The notes under the pieces were generated by a model. It had not been told where the DNA came from. It did no database searches and saw only the letters and a list, made by a program, of their open reading frames with translations. A DNA stretch of 58,579 nucleotides, filler included, from Candidatus Desantisbacteria bacterium CG1_02_49_89 (GTDB lineage Bacteria > Desantisbacteria > UBA1551): assembly GCA_001871075.1 (NCBI GenBank). It is 4 parts of 4 records of this genome, joined end to end, with 100 filler letters (N's around TTAATTAATTAA, not from the genome) between each part and the next. Parts side by side here need not be neighbours in the genome. Positions count along the whole stretch, not along the records: positions 46,070 to 58,579 come from MNUP01000048.1; 3 more parts are not named here. The stretch is one strand, 5' to 3'. The position numbers were made by a program, and so were the translations under genes. Of this stretch, positions 47,665-58,000 are shown piece after piece (position 1 is the stretch's first letter; every line of letters starts with the position of its first letter).

Positions 47665-48600
47665 TTAACTTGCAAGCAGCCGCTCCGCGGCATCCGCGAT
47701 TGCGTCCGCTGTCATGCCGAACTTCGCGAACATATCCTCGTCCTCCCCTGAATCCACGAACGTATCAGGTATCCCGAGCCGCTTGATCCTGCATGGACTC
47801 GCTTCGCACGCAACCTCGGCAACAGCCCCGCCCAGCCCCCCGATCACGGAGTGATTCTCGATCGTTATTATCCCCTTTGTCTCCTCCGCGCATTTCTTAA
47901 TGAGCTCCCTGTCTATCGGTTTTATTGTCGGCATGTGCACGACCCTCGCGGATATTCCCTTTTTCTTTAGCGCCTCCCCTGCTTCTTTTGCCCTTGCCGT
48001 CATCATGCCTGTGCCGATAACCGTGATATCCCTGCCGTCCTGCAGGACAACGCCTTTCCCCAGAATAAATTTATGATCTACGGGGAATATCGTGGGAACC
48101 TCGCAGCGCACCGTTGAAATATAGAACGGGCCGGGTATTTCCGCTGCCGCTTCGATCACCTTCTTCACCTCAACCCCGTCCGCCGGTATCACTATCTGCA
48201 TGTTCGGTATCGCGCGCATTATCGCTATGTCCTCAACCGACGAGTGGGTCGCGCCCGCCTTTCCCGTGGGTATCCCGCCGTATGAGCCTACTATTTTCAC
48301 GTTCAGGCGCGCGTGCGCGGCGCACATCCTTACCTGGTCAGCCACCCTGCTTGAGGCGAAAACCGCGAATGTCACGGGGAACGGTATGAACCCGACAGCG
48401 GCAAGGCCCGCGGATATCCCTATCATGTTCGCTTCCGCTATGCCGATCTCCAGGAATTGGGACGGCAGCTTATCCCGGACGTAACAGGTCTTCGTGGACG
48501 TGCAAACGTCCGCGTCCAGCACCACAACCTTCGGATTTTTTTGCGCTATGTCAAGCAGCGCCTCCCCGACCGCGTCCCTCATCGCCTTCATCTCGCTCAT
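47665..48600 (-). CDS. Transketolase, C-terminal subunit
   Basis: GIAEANM, GATH..ED, TIKPID, ENHSVIGGLG. Confidence 0.95.
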   Translation of the reverse strand: MSEMKAMRDAVGEALLDIAQKNPKVVVLDADVCTSTKTCYVRDKLPSQFLEIGIAEANMIGISAGLAAVGFIPFPVTFAVFASSRVADQVRMCAAHARLNVKIVGSYGGIPTGKAGATHSSVEDIAIMRAIPNMQIVIPADGVEVKKVIEAAAEIPGPFYISTVRCEVPTIFPVDHKFILGKGVVLQDGRDITVIGTGMMTARAKEAGEALKKKGISARVVHMPTIKPIDRELIKKCAEETKGIITIENHSVIGGLGGAVAEVACEASPCRIKRLGIPDTFVDSGEDEDMFAKFGMTADAIADAAERLLAS

Positions 48601-48724
48601 ACTAACCCCCTGATTCGTTCGTCGTGCATCGTGCGTCGCAACTACATATTTTTAATAAAATTCGTAAGCATCCTGCCAACATGATCGAGATGAACGAAGA
48701 ACGAAGAACGATGAACGAAGAACG

Positions 48725-49543
48725 TTATTTAAGCTCGTCCAGCGCTTTAGCGATCTCATCGCCTTTCGGCACGCGCACGTGCCACTCAACCTTGTTCTCG
48801 GCGAATGAAATACCCTTGCCCTTGACGGTGTCCGCTATTATAACACTCGGCCTGCCCTTGTTCTTCCTTGCTTTCTCAAACGCCTTGCACAGCGACTCTA
48901 TGCTGTGCCCGTCAGCCCCGATAACATTCCATTTAAACGCCCTGAATTTATCCGCAAGCGGCTCCAGGTCAATCGCGTCCTGCACCCGGCTTGCGAGCTG
49001 GAGCTTGTTATAATCTATTATCGCGGTCAGGTTATCGAGCTTGTTGTGTCCCGCGTACATGGCGGCTTCCCATACCTGGCCTTCCTGGACCTCCCCGTCA
49101 CCCAGCACAACAAAAACCCTGAAGCTTTTCTTTAAAAGCCTGGCGCCGGCAGCCATTCCTGCCCCCACTGAAAGCCCCTGGCCCAGGGACCCTGTTGACA
49201 TATCCACGCCCGGAGTTTTATGCATATCAGGGTGTCCCTGAAGGCATCCGTCTGTCCTGTCAAAAGTAGAAAGCAGGTCTTTGGCGAAATAACCCCTTTC
49301 AACCAGCGCGCAGTACAGGCCGCATGAAGCGTGCCCCTTTGAAAGGACAAACCTGTCCCTGTCTTCCCAGTCCGGCCTGCTGGGGTCGATTTTCATCTCT
49401 TTAAAATATAGCACCGTAAGGATATCGGTAACGGAAAGAGAGCCTCCCGTGTGCCCTGCTTTCGCGGAACTCAGCGTCTCCACGATTGACCTTCTTATCT
49501 TCTTAGCCGTCTCTTCCAATTTTTTTATATCATCTTTTCCCAT
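48725..49543 (-). CDS. Transketolase, N-terminal subunit
   Basis: GHTGGSLS, DRFVLSKGH, TGSLGQG, GDGE..EG, TVKGKG. Confidence 0.95.
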   Translation of the reverse strand: MGKDDIKKLEETAKKIRRSIVETLSSAKAGHTGGSLSVTDILTVLYFKEMKIDPSRPDWEDRDRFVLSKGHASCGLYCALVERGYFAKDLLSTFDRTDGCLQGHPDMHKTPGVDMSTGSLGQGLSVGAGMAAGARLLKKSFRVFVVLGDGEVQEGQVWEAAMYAGHNKLDNLTAIIDYNKLQLASRVQDAIDLEPLADKFRAFKWNVIGADGHSIESLCKAFEKARKNKGRPSVIIADTVKGKGISFAENKVEWHVRVPKGDEIAKALDELK

Positions 49544-49663
49544 AGCTTCTCCCTGAATCCTGTCATTGCGAGGGCAAAGCCCGTGGCAATCTATATACGA
49601 GATTGCTTCGTCACTCCCGTTCCTCGCAACGACGGATTGTCCCGAAGGTCCCCATGGGATCCC

Positions 49664-50521
49664 CTAGGGAGATCCCTTTGGGACTTCGCCGCTGCGCTTC
49701 TCGCAATGACATTTCTTGTGAGAATCGAGTGCAATCGTGCGGTTAATCTGTTTTTTATATCCGAGTTTTCTGGAGAACCTGCCTGCCGCGCTTTTCACTT
49801 CTTTTATAATCCCTTTTATCTTTTTGGCGCCTATCCTTGAAACGGGTCCCGATACTCCTATCGCGGCCGCGACCTTTCCGCGGAAATCGTAAACAGGCGC
49901 CGCAATGCACCGCACGCCGTCCCTGTATTCCCCGTTGTCCACCGCGAATCCCTGGCGCCCCGCTCTTTCTATTTCGGCGATGACGCTCTTGACGCCTGTT
50001 TTCGTGCTCCTTGTATATTTCTCTAATTTTCCTGAAAGCAGGGATTTAATTTTTTCTTTCGGAAATGAAATAAGCAGCGCTTTCCCCAGCGCCGTGCAGT
50101 GCAGGGGCTCGCTCCTGCCTACGTCCATGTTCACGAATATCACTTCGGAGCTGTCTTCCTTATCTATAAGAAGCGACCTTCCGTTCGAATATATGGCTAT
50201 GTGCGAAGATTCTTTTGTCTTCCTCGTCAGCTCCTCGAGGAACGGCCTTGCGATATCGGTTATCTTAAGGCCTTCGTACAGCTTCCCGCTCAGCTCAAGG
50301 ATCTTGCCGCCCAGGCGTTATCTCCTGGTCGCGTCGTCGCGTTCAAGGTATCCCCGGTTCTCAAGCGTCAGCAGAAGGCGGAAAATGCTTGAACGGTCTA
50401 TGTCCAGCGCGGATATCAGGTCGTTCAGCGCCAAAGGCGTGCCGCTCCTGCCTATTACCTCAAGCAGCTTCAGGCCGCGGTCCAGGGACTGAATTATCGC
50501 GGTTCCTCTTTTGGCTTTCAT
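49664..50521 (-). pseudogene. IclR-family regulator with an in-frame TAA
   Basis: HTH IQSLDRGLKLLE...TRR*RLGGKILEL continues in frame into the effector domain (PLHCTALGKA, GVRCIAAPV); stop at 50318-50320. Confidence 0.88.
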
Positions 50522-50743
50522 GTCAGTCCTTAATTATGAGTTATGTCCCAAAGGGATCTCTTCGGGAAATTATGAGTTATGAATCAAAAACAAGAATTTT
50601 ATCGTAACTCAAGGCTTCAGCCTTGATAATTTATCAGACCTAAAGGTCTGAGTTACAATAAATTCCATGCTGTTGAATTATAATTCATAATTCATAATTC
50701 AGCATTCATAACTATTATTTCACAATGCGCACATCTATTGCAT

Positions 50744-50771
50744 ATTATACACAAAAGAAGAAAAAAGTCAA
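50744..50771 (-). promoter_or_regulatory. Sigma70 promoter upstream of iclR-tkt-mmsA
   Basis: Minus strand TTGACT-N16-TATAAT. Confidence 0.65.
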
Positions 50772-50932
50772 GGATCGCGCAAACTTTTCATGCTTATAGA
50801 CGAAGATCCCCGCGGTTTGCCCCGATGTTGTATCGGGGCAGCAGGGGATCAAGGAAAAACTACGAGATTGCCCCGAAGGGATCCCCTTGGGACTTCGTCG
50901 CCAAAAAGGGCGAACTCGCAATGACATAAAGA

Positions 50933-53629
50933 TCACGCGCAGAAACCCGAAAAACTGCAATATTTGCAGACGTCTTTGTCCCCCTTGTCAGCCTCGAACG
51001 GGACATCCGGGTCCAGCATCTCGGAAACAAGCGCCCTCAGCATCGGCAGGAACACCTCTTCCATGACCTGCTCCCTGTTCCTGCCCTTGCAGTATGCTAT
51101 CTTATCGCCAAAGATCCTTGATTCTTCCATTTCTTTCATATTGTAAAAAGCGGCGTTTATCTTTTCGTAGGAAACTTCCCTGCTGCCGCCGTGCCTGAAC
51201 AGGTAAACATATACCGGCAGCTGGAAGGATTTCACGAAATCCCTTATCGCGGCCCTTCCCTCAGGAACTGCCTCGATCTTTTTCCTTTTATCCGGGTGGG
51301 CGCCCTGCCCGGTTTTGTAGTCAACAATGAATATTTCCCCCTGCCTGTCGTCAATCCTGTCTATTATGCCGTGCAGGCGGACCCTGCCTGGTTCCTGCCC
51401 TATGCCGCCCAGCTCCGCCTTCAGTTCCTTTTCGGTGTCCAGCACCGTGAAATCACCCAGCTCTTCGTGCTTTTTAAGCAGGTATTTCAGCCTGAACTTG
51501 ATTATCTCCTTGATAAGATAAATGTTGCCTTTCAGGTGCCCGAACTGCTTTTCCACTACCTTCTCGGCGGTTTCCCCGAGCATCCCGTTCATCTCTTCCC
51601 TGGCCCCGCTGTAGGGCCTGCCTTTAAAACTGCCGAACAGATCGCTGAGTATCTCATGGACGCACCTGCCTATCTGGCTCGCGTCAGGGTCTTCGGCCAT
51701 CTGTTCTTTTTCCTCAAGGCGCAGTATGTACCTGAAGTAGAACTGTGCCGGGCAGTTCAGGTACGAATTGATCTTTGTCGGGGAATATTCCATCGCGCGC
51801 AGCTCTTCCGTTATTCCTGGTGTTTTCGGGACAGGCTCGAAGGAAGAAGACTTTATTTCGGTGCTGAACCTTGCCAGCGCGATGAATTCACCGTCCTTTT
51901 TATAAACGCGTTTCCCGGCTTTTTCCTTTTTCTGCTTCTCCCATATTATTTCCTCTATGAACCTGCTCCTTATATCCCTGTCCTGCTCGCTGTAAACAAG
52001 ATGGGCCTCAGTTGCGGAATTCACCAGGTCCATGAAATGCCTCCTGGTCACCTCTTCCCTGTCTTTGCACAGCGGTAGGCCCAGGAAAGCCCGGACGCTT
52101 TCCGGAAGGATCGGGTCGATCTTTGAGACCGAAGGCAGGATACCCTCCTGCACGTCCATAACTATGACCCTGCGGAAATTCAGGTTCCTGGTCTCAAGCA
52201 ATCCCATCACCTGCAGGCCTTTAAGCGGTATACCGCTGAAGGGTATGCGGGTGTTGTCCACGTGGTACCTGAAAAGATTGAAAAGGTCCTCCTTTTTCAT
52301 CGGCTCATCCTTGCACAGCGCGGAGGACAGCTCCTCAAGCACCCTGAAAACGCATTCCAGGAATTCTTCGGAGAACGGGTAATCGCCGGCGAACGAATAC
52401 TTTGTTATAAAGGAAAGTATCCCGGAAAAAGCCCGGGAAAGGCCTGCCGCGGTCCTGACGCTCTCAAGCTCCCTTGCCGCGAGCGTGTTTATGCCTTTCA
52501 GCAGCGGGAACTCTGACTCTATTTCCTCAAGTTTCACGAAAGCCCTGTTCTGGGCAGTAAGCCTTGCCTCAACAGACTGCGCCAGCATCCGCATTTCCTC
52601 AGGCTTCGCGTCTTTTGAAGCGTTCTTAAGGTAGGGATGCAGGAGCACGGAAAGGTAAGACCTCGCGTAATAACCGTCATCAGTTTTTGTCTCCTGCAGT
52701 TTCATAAGCTCGTTCAGGAACGTGAAAACAGGCGTCCTTTTAAGCGGGTACCCCATCGTGACGTTGTAAGGGCAGTCAAGGTCTTCCAGGACATTCCACA
52801 GGACAGGCACAAGCGCGTCCGGCTGGGGCATCACAACCGCGGTCGATGAAAAGTCTTTTTGAAGGCCTTTAAGGATCTCCCCTATGGTCTTTACCTGGGA
52901 ATGTATGTCAAAAGCGCTGTGTATGGATATATTGCCTGTTTTCCACGCGGTCTCCGCCTTTCTTTTTATCTCAAGGGTCTTCTTCTGCCCGCGCAGCAGA
53001 TCAAGGACCTTCTGCTCAAGCCGGGTGCTTTTATAAAAACCCGCTAAGATTATTTTGTCCCAGCCGCCCGCGATGGTGTCCGCCGGTGTTTCCGAAACAA
53101 CCCTGTAACCCAGGGCTGGCGTGTGGAAACCGTGCTGTTCCAGGGCTTTCCTGAAACCGGCTTTTATCTCCCCGAGCCGGCTTATCACGTTCTTCGCCTC
53201 TTTGGGTATATTCTCGGTGGGAAGGTTCTTTAATTTGCCGTCAGGCACGTCCTCCATTTCAAGCTCGCTCAAGACAGATGCGATCTTCAGGCCCCAGAAA
53301 TAGAATTTGTGGAAATCAAAACCTTCAAAAAGACCGTTCTCCCTGATCGCCCGGTAAAGAAGCCATATCTCGTCCATCTGGCTTGCCGGGACCGAGCCTG
53401 GCCTTACCTCGAGCATCTCGCATTCAATAAATTCCGCTATTGAAAGAACGCGCGGCGGGAAAAACGCCCTGCCCAGTTTTTCCGCGAGCATGCCTGTAAT
53501 GTAATAAGCCGGGCGCTTGTTCGGCAGAATGACCAGCACTTTTGAAAGGTCCCCGCTGCCGCTTTCTTTCAGCGCTTCCCCTGTAATTCTCTCAACCAGG
53601 TCTTCCGCTTCCATCACCCTGTCAGCCAC
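50933..53629 (-). CDS. addB: AddB-like PD-(D/E)XK nuclease with Fe-S cysteines
   Basis: VILPNKR, LQVMGLLETR, YLNCP...GIIDRID...VDYKTG...CKYCSFSGFC; overlaps addA. Confidence 0.85.
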   Translation of the reverse strand: MADRVMEAEDLVERITGEALKESGSGDLSKVLVILPNKRPAYYITGMLAEKLGRAFFPPRVLSIAEFIECEMLEVRPGSVPASQMDEIWLLYRAIRENGLFEGFDFHKFYFWGLKIASVLSELEMEDVPDGKLKNLPTENIPKEAKNVISRLGEIKAGFRKALEQHGFHTPALGYRVVSETPADTIAGGWDKIILAGFYKSTRLEQKVLDLLRGQKKTLEIKRKAETAWKTGNISIHSAFDIHSQVKTIGEILKGLQKDFSSTAVVMPQPDALVPVLWNVLEDLDCPYNVTMGYPLKRTPVFTFLNELMKLQETKTDDGYYARSYLSVLLHPYLKNASKDAKPEEMRMLAQSVEARLTAQNRAFVKLEEIESEFPLLKGINTLAARELESVRTAAGLSRAFSGILSFITKYSFAGDYPFSEEFLECVFRVLEELSSALCKDEPMKKEDLFNLFRYHVDNTRIPFSGIPLKGLQVMGLLETRNLNFRRVIVMDVQEGILPSVSKIDPILPESVRAFLGLPLCKDREEVTRRHFMDLVNSATEAHLVYSEQDRDIRSRFIEEIIWEKQKKEKAGKRVYKKDGEFIALARFSTEIKSSSFEPVPKTPGITEELRAMEYSPTKINSYLNCPAQFYFRYILRLEEKEQMAEDPDASQIGRCVHEILSDLFGSFKGRPYSGAREEMNGMLGETAEKVVEKQFGHLKGNIYLIKEIIKFRLKYLLKKHEELGDFTVLDTEKELKAELGGIGQEPGRVRLHGIIDRIDDRQGEIFIVDYKTGQGAHPDKRKKIEAVPEGRAAIRDFVKSFQLPVYVYLFRHGGSREVSYEKINAAFYNMKEMEESRIFGDKIAYCKGRNREQVMEEVFLPMLRALVSEMLDPDVPFEADKGDKDVCKYCSFSGFCA

Positions 53630-56600
53630 CTGCTTCCACCACCCTGTTCTCTTCTATGTAAACAATGTATCCCTTGACCGTCCTGCCGGAACCGGCCTCT
53701 GAAACAAGGCGGATGTAGTTCCTGACCTGCTCAAGGTGCTTTTCTTTGTCCGCCCCTCCTGATTTGAAATCTATTATCTCCACCAGGCCCTCTGAACAAA
53801 CAACCCTGTCCATCCTGAACGTTTCGCCCTTGCCTGAAACCACCTCTTTTTCATTCTCGCCTTTCGCGGAAAACCACTTCCGCACCCTTTCGTCCCTGAA
53901 AAGGCCTGCCAGCACCGAACCCGCCTCTTTCAGGTCGCCGGCGTATCTCTGACGTTCCGCCGCGGCTTTCAGTTTTTCATCCATGAATTCCCGCGTGATC
54001 TCGCCTGCCCCGTTGATCGAAGACAGCACGCCGTGGATGAACTCCCCTCTTTTCTTCCTTTCCATAACGCCCGGGTCCTTGAACGCCTCAGTGCCTGAAA
54101 CCCTCCTGCTTATCCTCCTGCCCCATCCCGGGGTGTCTTTTATCCGCTCTGCCGGCACAGCCGGAGCATCGCTTGCGGGTTTTTTCCGGGCGTATCCCTC
54201 CTGGTTTTCCGCAGGCCCTTCGGCCACTGTCGCAGGCACGGCCGCAGGCGCCTGTTCGGTCCCTGCCAGGGCAGCCAGTTCATTGCTCTGATGGGTTTCG
54301 CAGATAAAAGCGCGCAGCTCGTCTTTTGCCCTTGTCATGCCGACGTAGAGCTCGTTGAACTCGTCAAAGAACTTTCTTTCAGTTTCTGCCTCGTATTCCT
54401 CCCTGAGCCCGGGGCAGAAGCCGGCGTATTCCTTTGTAATGTATTTCATCGTCATCCTTCCGTTCTCCTCTGCCAGGAAACTGTTATCCCTTACGGTATG
54501 CGGCAGGAAAACCATGAATACCACCGGAAAGCCAAGGCCCTTCGCCTTGAAGATCGTTTTTACCTTTATCGCGTCCGGGCAGGAAGGAAGCACGAGCTGG
54601 AAGCTGTCGTCGTCCTCGTCAGAGGAAACCCAGTAATCAAGCAATGCCCGCAAAGAATTTTCGCCTTTTTTCTCGAGCTGATTTATGAATTCGAGGAGCC
54701 TCATGACAAAACTTTCTGAACCCGGGAAGTTTTGCAGGACATTGTAAACCTTCAGGAATTCGGAAACAAGGTCGTACGGCGGCAGGAACCCCGCTTTCTT
54801 GAAGAAATGCTCGAAGCAGGTCTTCCACTCCGCGGGATACGTTTTCCGGAACGCCGTGTAATATATCCTCTCATCCTTGAGCGCGTTGAGCCGGGCGTAG
54901 CTTTCTTCCCTTGTTATCCCGGCTGCCCGCCTGAATATATCGCCTGACAGGAACGAGCTGAGCGAAAAATTATCGGCAGGCGAACCGAGGAATTTCAAAA
55001 AGCTGATGATCTCCTGCGTGACCCTGTTCTTCCTTATATCCATGGTAACCTGGGACTCTGCCTGGAACCCCTGCTCCGAAAGCCACGCCGTGAGGATCTC
55101 AGTCTCTTCGTTCGACATTACGAGGAACGCCACTTCTTCGGGCTTATGCTTTTTCAGCGTTCCCTTCAGGACAGGCAGGAGCACGGCCTTAAGCTTTTCG
55201 TACAGGTCCTCTTTATTGGCGGCCTTGAACCTGACAGCGCTGAAAATACCGCCATCCGGGTCCTCCCGCGCGGCTTCCTGCTTTACGTCCCTGTAAACCT
55301 CCTCGATCTCCTTTTCGAGCTTTTTGCCTTCGATCGCTTTTTTCAGGTTCTGACCCGAGAAAAATCCGTTATTCGCCTCGACTATTTCCTTTTTGCTCCT
55401 GTAATTTTCCTCCAGCCTCTGTTCGGAGATATCCTCAACGATATCCCGGAAGGATTCCCTCGCCTCCGAAAAAAGCCGCGGGTTGCCTCCCCTGAACCTG
55501 AAGATCGCCTGCTTCCTGTCGCCCACGTAAAAAAGCGAACCGCCCTCCGAAAGCCCGTTCTCTATAAGAGGGCGGAAATTATCCCACTGCAGATCGCTTG
55601 TGTCCTGGAACTCGTCTATAAGGTAATGCCTGATGGTCTCGCCGAGCATGCAGTATATCTGCGGCACTATGCCTTCCCTGGCAATGAACTTCCTGACCTC
55701 GGTGTTCAGCTCATCCACGAACACTATGCTTTCCTTATGCCTTATGCTTTCAAGCTCAGCCTTGACCCTGTCAAGCATTTTCAGGTATTCGGAATACCTG
55801 CTGGAGGAAAGCCTGTAGTAGAAATCCGAAAGCGCTTTCTGAGTTGCAGGCAGCAGCTCATCCATCTTGCGATCCTTCAGTTTCCCGGGGTCACCTTCGT
55901 TCAAAGCATCTCTTACTTTTTCAGTCAGTTTCTCGATCCGGGCTTTTTCCTTTTTATCCTCTGTTCCCTTAAACTCGGATTCAAACCTCGGGATCTCTTT
56001 TGTTTCGAAGGTTTCCATTATGGCTTTTTTTGCTTTCTCAAATTCACCCTTGGTTCCGAAACCGTGTTCCGGCAGCTGCAGGCTGGAACCCAGTATGCCC
56101 TCCCTCTTCCTCAGTTCCGTGACATTCTTAAGTATGATGTCCCTGGGGTTCCACGATTTTTGGTCTTCAATGGTCAGGTAACTTTCTATGAATTTGCCGA
56201 ACTCCCTTGCGTCCTCCCGGCTGCCTATGCCCGAAACCAGGTAATCAACGGCGTATTCGATATAGGGCTGCGCGTCCATCACGACTTCGTACCTTGGCGG
56301 AAAACCTATCTCGAGCGCCGATGCGGCGCATACGCGGTTGACAAAACTGTCGATGGTGCTGACCCTGAAGTCGAGGTAATTCCTGAGGATCCCGTCTATG
56401 GCAAGGGCTGCTTCCTTCTTCACTTTCCCGGCGTTCAGGCCGTCCTTTATCTTTTCCTTCAGGATCTCGCCGATAACCTTTTCGCCCTTCCCGGAATCCC
56501 CATCCTCAAGCGCCGCCTTCTTGAGCGTTTCAAGTATCCTCTGCCTCATCTCCCTTGTCGCGTCGTTGGTGAACGTGATGGCAAGCATCTCTCTTATGCC

Positions 56601-56699
56601 CTTGGCGAAGATAAGGTTAACGGCGCGCAGCGCGAGCTTCTCGGTCTTACCGCTTCCTGCTGACGCGTCCACGACATGTATGTGCGGGAATTTTTCCAT
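53622..56699 (-). CDS. addA: AddA-like UvrD helicase-nuclease
   Basis: ASAGSGKT, AITFTN, IDEFQDTS, VGDRKQAIFRFRG, YVGMTRA; C-terminal RMDR...IDFKSG. Confidence 0.9.
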   Translation of the reverse strand: MEKFPHIHVVDASAGSGKTEKLALRAVNLIFAKGIREMLAITFTNDATREMRQRILETLKKAALEDGDSGKGEKVIGEILKEKIKDGLNAGKVKKEAALAIDGILRNYLDFRVSTIDSFVNRVCAASALEIGFPPRYEVVMDAQPYIEYAVDYLVSGIGSREDAREFGKFIESYLTIEDQKSWNPRDIILKNVTELRKREGILGSSLQLPEHGFGTKGEFEKAKKAIMETFETKEIPRFESEFKGTEDKKEKARIEKLTEKVRDALNEGDPGKLKDRKMDELLPATQKALSDFYYRLSSSRYSEYLKMLDRVKAELESIRHKESIVFVDELNTEVRKFIAREGIVPQIYCMLGETIRHYLIDEFQDTSDLQWDNFRPLIENGLSEGGSLFYVGDRKQAIFRFRGGNPRLFSEARESFRDIVEDISEQRLEENYRSKKEIVEANNGFFSGQNLKKAIEGKKLEKEIEEVYRDVKQEAAREDPDGGIFSAVRFKAANKEDLYEKLKAVLLPVLKGTLKKHKPEEVAFLVMSNEETEILTAWLSEQGFQAESQVTMDIRKNRVTQEIISFLKFLGSPADNFSLSSFLSGDIFRRAAGITREESYARLNALKDERIYYTAFRKTYPAEWKTCFEHFFKKAGFLPPYDLVSEFLKVYNVLQNFPGSESFVMRLLEFINQLEKKGENSLRALLDYWVSSDEDDDSFQLVLPSCPDAIKVKTIFKAKGLGFPVVFMVFLPHTVRDNSFLAEENGRMTMKYITKEYAGFCPGLREEYEAETERKFFDEFNELYVGMTRAKDELRAFICETHQSNELAALAGTEQAPAAVPATVAEGPAENQEGYARKKPASDAPAVPAERIKDTPGWGRRISRRVSGTEAFKDPGVMERKKRGEFIHGVLSSINGAGEITREFMDEKLKAAAERQRYAGDLKEAGSVLAGLFRDERVRKWFSAKGENEKEVVSGKGETFRMDRVVCSEGLVEIIDFKSGGADKEKHLEQVRNYIRLVSEAGSGRTVKGYIVYIEENRVVEAGG

Positions 56700-56847
56700 A
56701 GGGATTTCCACAAAATTAACCACGGAGGCACGGAGACACAGAGAAATCTTTTACTTTGTAAACTTGTCCCAAAGGGATCCCTTCGGGATAAACTATGTAA
56801 ACTTTGTAAACTTCATCTGCGACGCACGATGCACGACGCACGATTAG

Positions 56848-57546
56848 TTATCTTGCCCACTGCGCCCAGTTCTGGAACACGGTCTCTTTCGGGAGCGCGC
56901 AGCCTTTTGACACGGTGACCCAGTAGTATTCCTCTATGAGTTTTGGCATGGTTGAATTGGGCCTTTGCAGCATCTTTGGCAGGTTCTCAAGCACAAGCGC
57001 GTGCCTTCTGCAGGTTTTTTCTATCCCTTCTATCATTGATTTAACGCTGCGCAGGTAGGACGTGTACGAAACCGTGGAGCCGTTGAAACCCAGGCCTTCC
57101 CTTGTCTCGTCGTCCCACGGCGCGGCAGCCCTGGGCCTGAGAACGAATATGATCTTTGCGGCCGCGGCAGGACCGACCCTTATCGCGAAAGACCTTCCGT
57201 CCATCTCCTTGTAGGAAGCAATGTGGTCTACCAGAGATTCGAAAACAGTGCCCATCTGGTTCAGTTCCTGCGGGGTCAGGTCCCAAAGGTTTTTATCCTT
57301 ATCAGGAAGCATCGCGAACGCTTTCGTGTGCCATGAAAACAGCTCTTTGGAAGCATGCTCGTAGTATTCCTGCGCGAACTGCCTGCACCCCCACCTGTTC
57401 AAAAGGACAAGAAGCGCCTCCCTGTGTTCCGGTTCATCCATATTCGGGGCGCCTTCCGTGACGTCCCTGAACCAGTTATAAGGCCTGTCGTATTCATTAA
57501 GTTTCCCGTAAAGATAGCATGCGAACGCTAGCTCGGCCAGAGTCAT
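56848..57546 (-). CDS. Hypothetical protein with an HhH-like motif
   Basis: GGAGG RBS; LNRWGCR and RVGPAAAAKIIFVLRP..PWD motifs. Confidence 0.75.
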   Translation of the reverse strand: MTLAELAFACYLYGKLNEYDRPYNWFRDVTEGAPNMDEPEHREALLVLLNRWGCRQFAQEYYEHASKELFSWHTKAFAMLPDKDKNLWDLTPQELNQMGTVFESLVDHIASYKEMDGRSFAIRVGPAAAAKIIFVLRPRAAAPWDDETREGLGFNGSTVSYTSYLRSVKSMIEGIEKTCRRHALVLENLPKMLQRPNSTMPKLIEEYYWVTVSKGCALPKETVFQNWAQWAR

Positions 57547-57857
57547 TTTTTTCCTCCCGAAGGCTTCGCCCCGATAAAATCGGGGTGAGCCGAAGGCTTC
57601 GCCCGCTGCAAAGACGGACGAGCAACTTGCTTATGCAGTTAACGATTTTAGTCTCTTTAATATACCTCATTATTATATCTTATTTAACTAAAAAAGCAAG
57701 AAAAAAACCCGCTATTGAAACGGGTCTGTGCTTTAACCGCCTTCAATTCCCAAACTGGACACTGGTCGCCGCTACGGCGACCCGCCGAAGGGGCGGGACA
57801 CTGGTAACTGGACACTGATTAGAACTTTGCAGATAGAGATATGCGGTGTGTATAACC

Positions 57858-57996
57858 TACTGATATTCGCTTAATTGGTTGACGTTTTTTGATGTCATTG
57901 CGAAGGCGAAGCCTGTGGCAATCCCGTCGTTAAAAACGAGATTGCTTCTCTATCGCTCGCAAAGACAACTGTCAAGGTATTATGCGATTCTCAGTA
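57858..57996. mobile_element. TA-bounded MITE-like element with an internal GTCATTGCGA hairpin
   Basis: Left end TACTGATATTCGCTTAAT versus reverse complement of right end TACTGAGAATCGCATAAT. Confidence 0.6.
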
Positions 57997-58000
57997 AATC

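Noticed and set aside
55146-56663. Long antisense ORFs (505 aa here; also 5273-6121, 22364-23206, 42880-43767, 51191-52078)
   Set aside because: Shadow frames opposite well-supported genes.
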